Of a DNA stretch of 64,000 nt, positions 35,621-46,955 are shown piece after piece. Where the stretch lies: positions 1,626,538-1,690,537 of the forward strand of contig MU004235.1 of assembly GCA_010405405.1 (NCBI GenBank). Reading direction: 5' to 3'. The stretch's first letter is position 1, and each line of letters begins with the position of its first letter. The position numbers were made by a program, and so were the translations under genes. The notes under the pieces are model-generated. The model ran no database searches, had not been told where the DNA came from, and was given only the letters and a program-made list of their open reading frames with translations. The stretch is from Microthyrium microscopicum (taxonomy: Eukaryota).

Positions 35621-37480
35621 ATGGCATCTGCTACCAAGAAAGCGCCTCGTGCCGAGCGGCGACGACGCAATCGCCGGCCGAAAGCTTGCCGTCTGTGTCG
35701 GACAAGAAAAGTGCGTTGCGACTATCAGCAGCCTTGCGGTACATGTGTACTGCGTGATCATCCACAGCTCTGCGGTTATGACGGGATATCTATCGCTTTC
35801 CAAGAACTATCGCATTTTGCCGTCAAATCTCCAACCATCCAAAGTACATCTAAGGCTCCTTGCTCTTCGCAAAGTCCTTGCTTGGAAACTCCACGGCAGG
35901 ACGGTGTTGATGGCGCAACAAGTCGGTCTGGAACTTTGCCTAATGAAGTGCTCGACATCCTCGACCATGTGGCCACCAACGCAACCGCGAGCCGCGAGAC
36001 TGACGCCGATACTGGCCAAGTGACATTTGTTGGCCGCCGCGCTCACGCTACTCTCTTCCGCACGCTTCTTGAATATCTCCCTAAGAAAACACTTCCTCTT
36101 CCCAACTCAGTCGAGGCGATCTTCGGCGTAACAAACCGTACGATATCACAACCATTTGTATCCCTCTGGAACACCACCGCACGCGTTACTATTGGAGACA
36201 TCATGCGCTCCCTACCTTCGGCTGAGACTTGTTTGCGGTATTACAGCTCCTACCAACAAGTCAGCCATCCATTCTTTCCCGTAATACATGACCTCGGAGC
36301 GTTCGAGCGCAATCTTTGCGCGGTCCTCGAGCGGCTCGTTGCACAAACAGAGGAATCTTCATCATCTTCGACGCAGCTGGCTGGCGACTTGCCACGTGCT
36401 GAGCTGGCAGGATATGCCTTACTCTTTGCAGTCCTCGCATCGGGGTGTCAATGTTGTCTTGTTGCCGAAGACGATAATCAGCTCGCTCTCTCCTCCCGCG
36501 TGTTCGTAGCGTGCTCATTCGAATGCCTGAGTATAGCCAACATGTTTGTCAGTCCTTCTCCATCGACAATCCAGGCAAACTTGATTCTCGCCAGTGTTAT
36601 TTGCAACGATGGCAATCCCGGAGTTACCATGAGTATGCTCGGCATGGCCGCACAGCAAGCCCAAGGTTTGGGTATGCATACCAGGTGCGAGTGTTTGTGC
36701 AGCTCACCCACCTGCGAATGTCTAGAAACCGTTCAGCCCATTTGGAGAGCTATAATGATACTGGATAGTAGATTGTCTCTGACTTATGATCGAGTTCCAG
36801 TCACTACCCTCTCAGAAAGCTATGACCATATACAGTCTCTCAATTGCGCCTCACGTTTGGAGTTCTGGAATTGCTCGTTCAGCTTGCACCGCCTGCAACT
36901 TCAATGGCAGTCACTTGGAAGTAAAACCACTCATACATCAATTCCAGTAAAAATCATAGAGTCGTATTTGAAGCATACGGATCAACTGGGTCGATTTGCA
37001 TTATCCGACAAGTCAGCGCTATGTAATCCCAGCTCCGTGCAAGCAACTCTCGAGCAACTTCTATTCACGCTGCACCTCAATTTCTTCGAAGGCACACTAC
37101 ACCTCCATGCCGCTATATCCCCTCTCCATTCTACAACAAAGCGAGTCCGCCACTTCCACGCCGCAACTTCAAATTTTTGTTTAGTGATCAAGTCATATCT
37201 CAAGCTTTGGCGGCTTTCACCAATTGCAAAGCTTTCCTGGGACGTGATCCGCGCTTTCAAGTCATCCGCAATTATGCTCGCCGCGTTTGAGGTCATTCTT
37301 CGTGATAACTTGTCGGGCGGTGTACTGAAGCAGTTGGCGAAACTGATGGAGAACGGTGAGAGCTTAAGGACTTGGAGAGATGATCCGGTGCCATCGTCTT
37401 GTCAGGCAGGTGTTGAGACACTGAGGAGATTGCTCGCATTGCGGTACCCTTCGCCTGTTGCGGACCCTGATGACGGTTGA
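35621..37480 (+). CDS. Zn(II)2Cys6 transcription factor with fungal middle-homology region
   Basis: ACRLCRTRKVRCDYQQPCGTCVLRDHPQLC; HPFFPVIH, AQGLGMH, IWRAIMILDSRLS. Confidence 0.92.
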   Translation: MASATKKAPRAERRRRNRRPKACRLCRTRKVRCDYQQPCGTCVLRDHPQLCGYDGISIAFQELSHFAVKSPTIQSTSKAPCSSQSPCLETPRQDGVDGATSRSGTLPNEVLDILDHVATNATASRETDADTGQVTFVGRRAHATLFRTLLEYLPKKTLPLPNSVEAIFGVTNRTISQPFVSLWNTTARVTIGDIMRSLPSAETCLRYYSSYQQVSHPFFPVIHDLGAFERNLCAVLERLVAQTEESSSSSTQLAGDLPRAELAGYALLFAVLASGCQCCLVAEDDNQLALSSRVFVACSFECLSIANMFVSPSPSTIQANLILASVICNDGNPGVTMSMLGMAAQQAQGLGMHTRCECLCSSPTCECLETVQPIWRAIMILDSRLSLTYDRVPVTTLSESYDHIQSLNCASRLEFWNCSFSLHRLQLQWQSLGSKTTHTSIPVKIIESYLKHTDQLGRFALSDKSALCNPSSVQATLEQLLFTLHLNFFEGTLHLHAAISPLHSTTKRVRHFHAATSNFCLVIKSYLKLWRLSPIAKLSWDVIRAFKSSAIMLAAFEVILRDNLSGGVLKQLAKLMENGESLRTWRDDPVPSSCQAGVETLRRLLALRYPSPVADPDDG

Positions 37481-37955
37481 AACAACGGGATTGAAATACA
37501 ATACGGGCCAGCTCCATGTGACCCACTGAGACTGGACGCAGAAAGTGAAATTTTCCTGTACCGCGTCACATTTCCCATAGCACTCCATGGCTTCCATCAG
37601 ATGCGTTTCAGATCAAGTGCTATGGGGCTCATCGAATGCGATGGAGTTTCATGGTCTCAGCTCGCAAACTCAGTGCTACATGGCCATTCCAACGACATCT
37701 TTTGATTGGACTAAAAAGATCACATTTCCCATCACACTCGATACGTCACAAGTATTCTACATTTCTGATGGGAAATTGACTAGTCGATAATAGCACAAAG
37801 CGCATTGGAGCCAACGAACCTGATGGAAGCGGCGCGCATTTGGTTTCTGACCAGTTGGCAAGCCTACCTACCCAGAGCTTGAACCGGTAATTGAAGTGGC
37901 AGTTCTTTCTATTCGTCTCTAGCAAGAATCCGTATAGAACACCTTGAACGAAAGA

Positions 37956-39855
37956 TCAAAGCCACTTCGCCTCATCTGACCCCGGCATACACGACCCACT
38001 TTCAAAATCAAACACAACTTCTGGTTTCCCATCTTGACTCTCTACAGAAACGATTCGCCTCCAGTCAAGATACGTTGCTTCCTCACCCTCTAAACCCCAT
38101 CGCATGATACCTTTCGTGAATCTTGCGCGGTCCCAAAGTTGACCTGGCCCGGTACCGTTGGATTTCATGGTGGTTTGCAAAAGCATTGGAACCATCTCAA
38201 AGAATCCAGTATGGTGCCTTGGGAGAAACCCTGGGTGCAAAGCGCGCAGACTGGCCTTCGTCTGGGAGGCGTGCAGTCCGACTTCTCGGATAAGCCAATT
38301 ATTATATGTGTTCAAAGCAATGTCAACGTTGTAACAGCCGCCTTCTGATGCTCGACGGAGAAGAGCTTGCATGATTGCAATTCCGCCAGCTAGTCCAGTC
38401 CTGTAAAAGCTCAGTATCAGATCTCTGGCGCATACATTTATCTCGTTTGCAACTTACTGGGAGTCAGAGTTGGGGAATAGCGGCATGACTGGTTCCTCCA
38501 ACCCTAGAAACTTTCCTTGCTCCCACGACGCGCCGGTGACCTAGGAGTCAGTCAGCTTTCGAAATTCCAACCAACGACCAGGCTTGAGACTTACGGCATC
38601 ACTGACTGGTTGATACCCGGGTCGACCACTCCATTCGCCAGTCCAGCCATAGCAGTTCACCCGACAGTAAACGATCCCCTTGCCCCGACGCCTAGCAAGC
38701 TCGTGGGCCCAGTTGCGTCCGAGACCCAATTTTTCAAACACACCAGGCCTGTAACTGTTGACGACCACGTCCGCTTCTTTGAGTAGCTCATCTAGTTGGC
38801 GCTTACCTTCCGCAGACTTGAGATCGATATTAGCATCTCGCTTGCCAAGCTGTCCATCGGCAATGAACGGTAGAGCGTCCGGCTGGGTGTCTGTAGAAAC
38901 TCGCAAGACATCTGCACCCATCAAAGCCAAAACTCGCGTCACTGTTGGCCCAGCAATCACTTTCGTCAGATCAAGCACTTTAATACCTGCCAATGGCTGA
39001 CCTCTCATCTGACTTTGTTGTGGCCAGGGAGATGGTGGAAGCTGCTCGTGAGATGTGTAGATCTTATAAAGCGATTCTTGGATGTTCGATTTGCCGTGGC
39101 TTGTAGCCGCATACTCATCGATCGTTCGACAAGTCGCACCTGGTTGCAGCCATCTCTCGTTGGCCTCGGCTTCCAGGGCCATACTCTCTCTTTCCGCCAT
39201 GACGCCTCGATAGATATCTTTGATGGCTCCGATGTGCTCAACGCCTTGCAGATCAGGACGATGTGCCGGTAGATCTAGCATTTGAAGTGTCGGCGTCGCG
39301 TTGAGACTTCCGTGTAGCTGGAAGTATCGCTCATCGCTCGTCTTGTAGCTGAACACTTATCAGCGACAACTCTTTTGCTTCCTTCGCTACTCACATATTT
39401 GATGCCTGATTTCTATACATCTCCACATTCCGTCCCTTGTCAAGATGAGCGGCTCTAGGCGCAACTTTACTCTCTATGAAGTTCTTCCCGTCGATCTGGA
39501 ACAGGAAGACGGAGCAGAGCATTAGAGTCGCCGAGTACACGTCTACTACAATTTTCTTTGGCTCGCCAGCATTGTATCGCTCGCGGCAGATGGCGTTGGC
39601 GAATAGGCCGATGACAGCCCAGAGGGCTGAAGCGGACTCTGACATCTTCAGTGGTGTAGGTAGAAATGAGCCAACTTCTGGCGTGAAGACGACGGATGAT
39701 GCGTAGTTGGTCACTTCCCATGGCATCTTCAAGTCGGCGTTATTGATCAGGAAGGTTGCCAGAATTTCTTGAGCGGAGGATGGGATTGAAGAAGGTAAGG
39801 TATCAGGAGGGATCGTGTGAGTGCCATCGAGAGGGATGGGAGACTTGTTATCCAT
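37956..39855 (-). CDS. CoA-transferase family III (CaiB/BaiF-like), about 4 exons
   Basis: PLAGIKVLDLTKVIAGPTVTRVLALMGADVLRV, GKRDANIDLKS, ADVVVNSYRPG, GRPGYQPVSD; introns near 39350-39394, 38542-38594 and 38402-38457. Confidence 0.88.
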
Positions 39856-40747
39856 TTCTGATTAAGGGTATGGACTTGAAAGTCGAATCGATACTGGTAG
39901 TATGTCACAGTAAAGGCTGTAGGATGTGGATATTCCGATTCAGTTCAAACAAAGGACCTTTGCTGGTTTATATATCTCAACGTTTTACAGGATCATACTA
40001 GAAAGGTAAGATCGATAATTCACGTTCCGTTAAGTACCTTGTCACTTAACCCCGAATACTTTCGAGCTTGTGATATTATGACATGGCGCCTGTCCCAAGC
40101 ACTCCAGGATACATAAGATAGCTTCAGAGCCTCACAAAAGCATGACTTTGACGCAAAACCCAGCTTAGGATGGCGACCAGGAGGTATTGATGACCTGGCC
40201 GTCCATTCGGAGGCATCGATACGAGCATCTCGCTGCGATGCTCTCAGCAATAAATCATGTTGATCAGATAGCTGTACCATTACTGAGGGATTGTCGCAGT
40301 TCGGGCTCAAGCAGACGTTATAGCTATCTTGCTTTGCTTAGACTACCGTGTAGTTAGGTTTGAAGTGTCGTGGATCATTTGTGTCAGCTTTCAAGGGTTA
40401 CTAGAAGTGTTTCGGGCCGAATATAATGGCTACTACTAACATGTATGTACTTTCATTATTTCGGCGTTATGCAAGCGCTACAGAGGCAGATGACAGCTCC
40501 CAATTCTAATCTCCGAGCGGTCAGCAGTTCATCAAGTTATCTTCTATCTTGAAGACATGCTCGGCACATGTGCTTCTTCGAGTGACATTTGTGTCTTTGC
40601 AATTCAGCGTTTGATACTTGAAAATGCAACGAAACATGATTCGTGTGTCTGTCGTGAAAGAATTCGGGGACCAATATGTTGTTCAACGCAAAATGAAAGA
40701 CTGCCAATTTGTTTACTTGACCTTCCTACTATCCACCGAAGAAGCTG

Positions 40748-42580
40748 TCAACGCAATAATTCATTGTTTCTAGCCCTCAATCTCTGAACCGTCACCGTCA
40801 AATTGGCCCATCCGGGAATCTCCTTGCTCCTTAAATGAACGATATCGAGAGGCGTACTCGGAAACATCGTTATCGTCCCAGCCTTCACTCCCCCATTGAG
40901 ATAAACCTCAAGAATCGAACGATCCATGATAGCTTGAAACTCCCACCTTCGTGAAGCAGGATTGTGGAAAGGCAGAAGAGGCGGGACCTGTCTGGCCATC
41001 ATCTGATTCATCGAGGGATCACTCAATGTCCAATTTTTACTCGCCTGGCTACGATCACAAACAAAATCTGCCATCCATGTCCCAAAGATGACACTACAGA
41101 GCAATTGCTCTTCGCCTGATGAAGACTTGAATACAAGGTCGAGATTAATCTCCACCGGGTCAGCATTGTCTGGCATCATCACGTACTTAGCTTCGATAAG
41201 TATAGCTTCTGAGTTCGTGTATGCTACGCTTTGATCTAGCGCTTGGCGTACAGTGATATTAGCGTGCACTTCATCTTTCAGCCCCTCTAGGCCAACTGGA
41301 CGACCGAAATAGGACAGATCACTTTCATCGGCACCATGCGGTGAAGGATTGTGGATGAGATAGCCCTCTCTTGGACCAGTAAGTATGCCCCTCCAGCCTT
41401 CTCTGGATCCCGTTCGCACTGAGCCAGCATACTGGAGGTTTGAAGCCCACCCAAGACTAATCACAGGAGCTCCGTCCGCAAGACCAAAGAAAAACTGGCT
41501 TGCATGGTTGTCAGGTCCGAAGTCAATAAAGCGGTCCGTACGATCATCAACGGGACTGAAATGTGTGCCATTGAACTTTCCTGGGAAGTAGCGTGTGATG
41601 GAACCTCCATTGAGAGGCGATCCCCTGGCTGATGAGACAAGAAGAATATAATCTCCAAAGTCGAGGACTTCACCGCCAGGAATTGTAGGAAGATTTGTCC
41701 AGTTCTTTGCACCAGTCGTTTCGACTCGTGGGATGGGCACAAGATTTGGGCCATTAAATTCGTTTCTGGAGCCAACGAGGTTCTGATTCTTGTATACAGA
41801 AGCAAAGGTCCAATCCAAAAGGTTTGAGGACGTATATATCTCGACAATGACCTTCTTCGCAATCACCATGATCCATTTCTGAGTCTTTGAATGCCAAATC
41901 ACCTTGGGGTCATGCATGCTTTCAGTGTCCATCGAGGTAGCCAGAGGGAGATTGTTGGCGTACTTGGTAAAGCTGAAGCCCCCGTCTGTAGAGTAGGCAA
42001 GTGCTTGCTCCTTTGTCTTCTTGGTCAGATGATATTGTGTATAGATCGCAACAACACCGTCTTTTTGCTTCGGGAAAAAGCCAGACGTATTGTTCTCGTC
42101 GATTACAACTGAGCCACTCAAGCTTTCATATTCATCGCACTGTATTGCAATGGGCTGCATCTTCCAATCATATAAATCTGTCGATATCGCGTGCCCCCAA
42201 TTTCTACATGGCTCAGGGTCAGGAGCGGTGGACTCAACTGTCGTCAGGTTAGACTTGCCACGTCTCTTGCTTTGGTACTAACACTCAAAATAGACGTGCC
42301 ATATCTTATTGGCATCAATGAACAAGCCATTTGGAGCACCGAGCCAATCCACTGGCAATGTAAAGTGTAAATTTGGGTGGTTATCATGATCCTGCGCATA
42401 TTTGTACACAAATGGGAATATCAAGTAGCCTCCAAAATAAAGGTACTGAAGTATTAGCACAGCCAACAAGGAAATCCACGGACGCTTGATGTGTGCGGCA
42501 AAGCTCCTGAGCTGTGGTACTTGATGATGCGTGATATGTGGTGTTCTTAGCTTCTCCCAGCTCTTTTCAGCAGAATCCAT
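40748..42580 (-). CDS. GH32 invertase/inulinase-fold protein with N-terminal TM segment; catalytic residues substituted
   Basis: Intron 42238-42282 joins the exons in frame; HFT..WLGAPNG, WGHAISTDL, SGSVVID, HDPKVIW, DFGPDNHA, MDRSILEVYLNGG. Confidence 0.85.
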
Positions 42581-43279
42581 TTTGGCTGAATTTCTGATAG
42601 ATCAGCGTCTGAAGAAGACACTTGGTCAGACTTCATAAAACGGTTCTGGCCATTATTGCTGCCTGCTTATCTCGTATCAACAGCCAAGAACATAACGTTT
42701 TGTCGCCGGACCACTTCGTGAAGACAGACCAATCAAGTCATGATCTCCCTTGCTGCATCATCAGGGCGCAAACATGCGGGGTCGAAGAGTGGCATGTGTC
42801 ACCTCCACCAGGTTACTGGAGGATATTACAGTACTGGCAGATGAATTGTTAAAGACCAGAGTGGTTAGGTATCGGGTGGAAGTTGGGAGTATGAAGGAAG
42901 GAACAATGGAAGTAGTAAACAAAGCCCCTGAACCAAAATGGCTAGTACCAAGCAAGACAACAACAATTAAATAACATCGCGCTAGCTGCTCACCAGTACA
43001 AATTCAATTATTTATTTAAAGCTTTCAAGAGTTTTGTGACACAGTAGTTGAAGCACAGCACAGAACTGGCACGAATCAGGCATAGTTGAAGCCTAATAAG
43101 CACCAGTTAAGGTATATCCCTACTGGACCAAGGTACATTGTACAATCCTGCAGCACATCATCTTTAGTGGCTACATACTATGATTGCAGATCTTTGCGGG
43201 ACCACAGATAAGCTCTCAACCTCATAGCTAAACCTCACAGCAATTTGGCGTATTTACTCGCATGTCCGACTTTAAAACG

Positions 43280-44870
43280 ATGAAATACCTATCAATTCTG
43301 CTGTTGCTCTTCAGGGTAGTTCTCTCCTCTCGATTACTAGACACACAGGAGGTTCTTAAGTCGTCTGCAGCACCGGAGAAGATTGCCAACGATATTGACA
43401 CTGATGCTATTTCATTAGCCCTCAAGAATTATGCAGATCCTGTAGATGCTTTGGTCTCGTTGCAGCCTGGACTGGAAATCGAGCTTCAGCAACCGCGCTT
43501 GTTGCAAGTGTTTGGCGAGCAGAAATCACAATGGATGACTGAAGGAGACAAATTACGTCTTCACAGACTTGGAAAGCAATTCATGGATCTTACGGATCAC
43601 CAAGAATTCTACGAGCAGAATGTTGACACCTTGGCTGGTAAAGCTAGTGAGTTTGATTTTCAAAAGAAATCCCAACATATTATCAATTACTAACTTTCAA
43701 GCTCTTCCAAATATGACGCATCAGAATCTCATAAGGCCTCTCTTTTCTGGAATTTCGACTGAAAGAATGCACGATGTCCTTCAACATATGACCAGCTACT
43801 ACAACCGGTATTATGGAGGCGTTATTGGCGAATATAGTGCTGTGTGGTTGCATGACTACATTGCAAAGGTAAATCATTTCTAGCAGTCATACTTTCCATC
43901 AACATTGAACAACATGGACTGAATTTTCAACTGTCCAGATCATTCGTGAATCTCCATTCCACACACACATCTCCCTCGAATATCACACCCATCCCTTTCC
44001 CCAACCATCAGTCATTGCAAGATTCGAGCCGAAAGTGCGTAACTTCTCCTTGCCACTGACCATCCTCGGCGCCCACCAAGACTCGGCGAACTATAACTTT
44101 CCTCTGCTACCTGCTCCAGGTGCCGACGATGATTGCTCCGGCACAGTCAGCATCCTTGAAGCCTTTCGGGTATTAGCCCACGCCGGATATGTACCCAAGA
44201 ACGGGCCCGTCGAATTTCACTGGTACGCAGCTGAAGAAGGAGGTTTATTAGGCAGCCAAGCGATAGCACGTTTCAAGAAGGAACAACACGCTACCATTGG
44301 AGCAATGATACAGTTTGTTAGTAAACGCAACCCTCCTTGGTGAAGGATAAAATAGTACTCATCATCTGAACAGGACATGACAGCGTATATTGCACGCAAT
44401 TCAACAGAAAAGATGAGCTTTCTGAAGACAGAAGCCGACAAATCACTCACTGACTGGGTTCTGGACCTCAGCAAAGAATACATTGATCTTCCTAGTGGCA
44501 TATACGAACTTCCAATGTAGGTTTACACAATTGGAATGGAGAAAAGCACTTTCGCTAATCTTGTGGACTTCAATAGGGGCGGATCTGATCACATGTCGTT
44601 CACTAAGATGAAGTATCCAGCAGCTTTTGCGACCGAGGGTAACCCTATGGGAAACAGTGGAAAGATGCCGGGTGACTTTGATCCACATATACATGGCAGT
44701 GAAGATACGATGGACATTGATGATGCTGCTGGCATATTCTCTATCGATGTGAGTTGAATACACGGACAACTTGCGCCCTTGCTGATAATGAGTAGCACAT
44801 GGCGAGATTTTCGGAGCTGGCGATTGCTTTTGCCGTGGAGCAGGCTGGATGGGACAACGCCTGGAGATAA
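43280..44870 (+). CDS. Secreted leucine aminopeptidase (peptidase M28, LAP1-like), multi-exon
   Basis: Signal peptide; ILGAHQDS, APGADDDCSG, HWYAAEEGGLLGS, QDMT, SDHMSF, PHIH. Confidence 0.9.
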
Positions 44871-46955
44871 TATCCATGGTGCTGAGAGCCTTTGTAGAGA
44901 GCGCAAACTACACACTTGCAACCTGTAGCTGCCGGCGATTCAGGTGGGAGGCATGGTAGCCAATTCGGATGTCGAGACACGATGATTTTCTCAGGTGACA
45001 TCCAGAGCTAAAGGAATGATATATGAAGCACTACTGCATTTTCCTTTCAGTCTCAGGTCTTGTCCGGTCCTATTGCTCCCACGTGTAAATCGCCATCCGA
45101 GCGTGCTGAGTTGTTCTAGTGTCAGAATAGGAAAACCGTTAGGGTGGCTAGAGCTAAGAGTACCCTCATGGAGTACGATGTCTGCCACAACACTTCTTAA
45201 GCAAGACAGGTTCTACCTCTCATCACAATCAAAGATTATATTTTCAGTTTCCAAAGCCACTTGCATCAGTCTAAAGTTTTTTGGTCCCGGGCTCCTAGGC
45301 GGGCTAAAAATAAATTTAGCATCAAGGACCTCACACCAAGGTATTGCCAAGTGAATGAGGTTGCTAAATCGTTGACGATCACAATGGTGTAGGATTTGCC
45401 AAGCAATGAGGTTGTTGAAGCGTTGACAATTTTTGTGCGATGATTCTTGACAGGCTTGATCGTCCCAAGGACCAAGTGGCGTAACTTCCAGACTTAAACT
45501 CGGCTTGTGTCTTCCCTTCTTTTCGATTTTCAGTGCTACAGCAGCTTTTGTTGTCTGAGAATAGACGCGTTGATATCTTTGAATGTGAGGGAATAGGTCG
45601 CCAGCAAATATCGGATATAACTCATAGAGGAAGATGGGAATTTCGGACTCACCGACGACATTAGTCAAAAGCGTAGAGACGCGTCAGTGTGGGTGAATAC
45701 TATGGAAATGGCGTTTTCTAAGGTCAACGGCTAGGGAAATCGTGGGAGACCGGTGAGTCTCGCTAGAATCAGCCCTGAACGGAAGAGGAACGCTTTTTCT
45801 CATGTTTAATTGTCAAATTGCTTCTTAAACACACACTTGGTATATCCCGCTGTAAGTAGTTCGGAGTTCGAAGCAGTCATTGACCTTCAAGTTGCATATG
45901 AACGAAAATTCTCGAAATCCCCAGAGAGATTCAAGGTGCGAACTCAACAACAATTACTGTGATTGTAGTTATTATTTGCTGCTCTTGTTTTCTTGAAAGA
46001 GTCCACTTTTTGTTCTCCACTACTGGCTGGCACTACTCTAGTACTCGGGTGGGAGAACGTGTCTCGTACATCGAGCTAGCCAAAAGGAGGATAATTATCC
46101 TTCTTGTTTGGTCTTTGTTGTGGTTGGATTCTGGAAACTGTCTGGCTCAGACTCAGTGGTTCCTGCAGCTCGCGTTTTCTGCCTAAGGTTTTGGCACCTG
46201 TCCCCTGTGCCCCTTTTCCCAACTTCAAGCTTCCATTTCAGTGCTCTGCGCGGCTATTGCCCAATGATATCTTAACATTTGGTTCATCGTATTTCCTGTT
46301 CTCCTTTCAGAGCTAGGCATCGAACCGAGAGTTCTGCTTCAATTGGTCAATTGTAATGTCCAATCTTCGTTTCTGCTCGTTACTTGTTCATGGGGTTTGC
46401 TTCAATGAACTGTTCTCTCCCCGAGTCCTCGTGCAAATTGTATTCACTTCCCCTCCTCAAGAACATCAACATAAGTATTGAAACAGGCTGACGAATTTAC
46501 AGTTACTTACAAACATGCGAAATTAGCGCAGTGCTTAAGCCGTTTGATCCGTAAAAGAGCCGACTTAAACACGACAAGCCTTTGCTAGCCAGCCTAGTCA
46601 CTTCTTACAAGCGCCATGGCGTTGTCCACCACCCAATAAGGGACAGTTATCCCAATATGTCTCTTTTCTTGACAGCTCGTTAACGCAATTATGTGGGATG
46701 CCCGGGTACCTGGAAGTAGTGGCTGCACAGCTCATGCTGCTCCACAGAATCAGGCACGAGATGGGAAAGGGGATCGAAAATCCTGCTTTAAGGTTGCGGA
46801 TGTCCCCTTGTGTTCATAGATCTTCATTGCCTCTTTTTTTTTGACATCAATCTTTAATTGTCGATCAGGTCTTTTTGACCGTGTCACTCGTTACTTGTGT
46901 GTGTGGTACATTCTTTTTGGACATCTTGTCCTAGTCACTCGTTATTATAATAATT

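Noticed and set aside
35200..45800. Accessory block as Starship or other large mobile-element cargo
   Set aside because: No tyrosine recombinase captain, transposase or defined termini visible in this window
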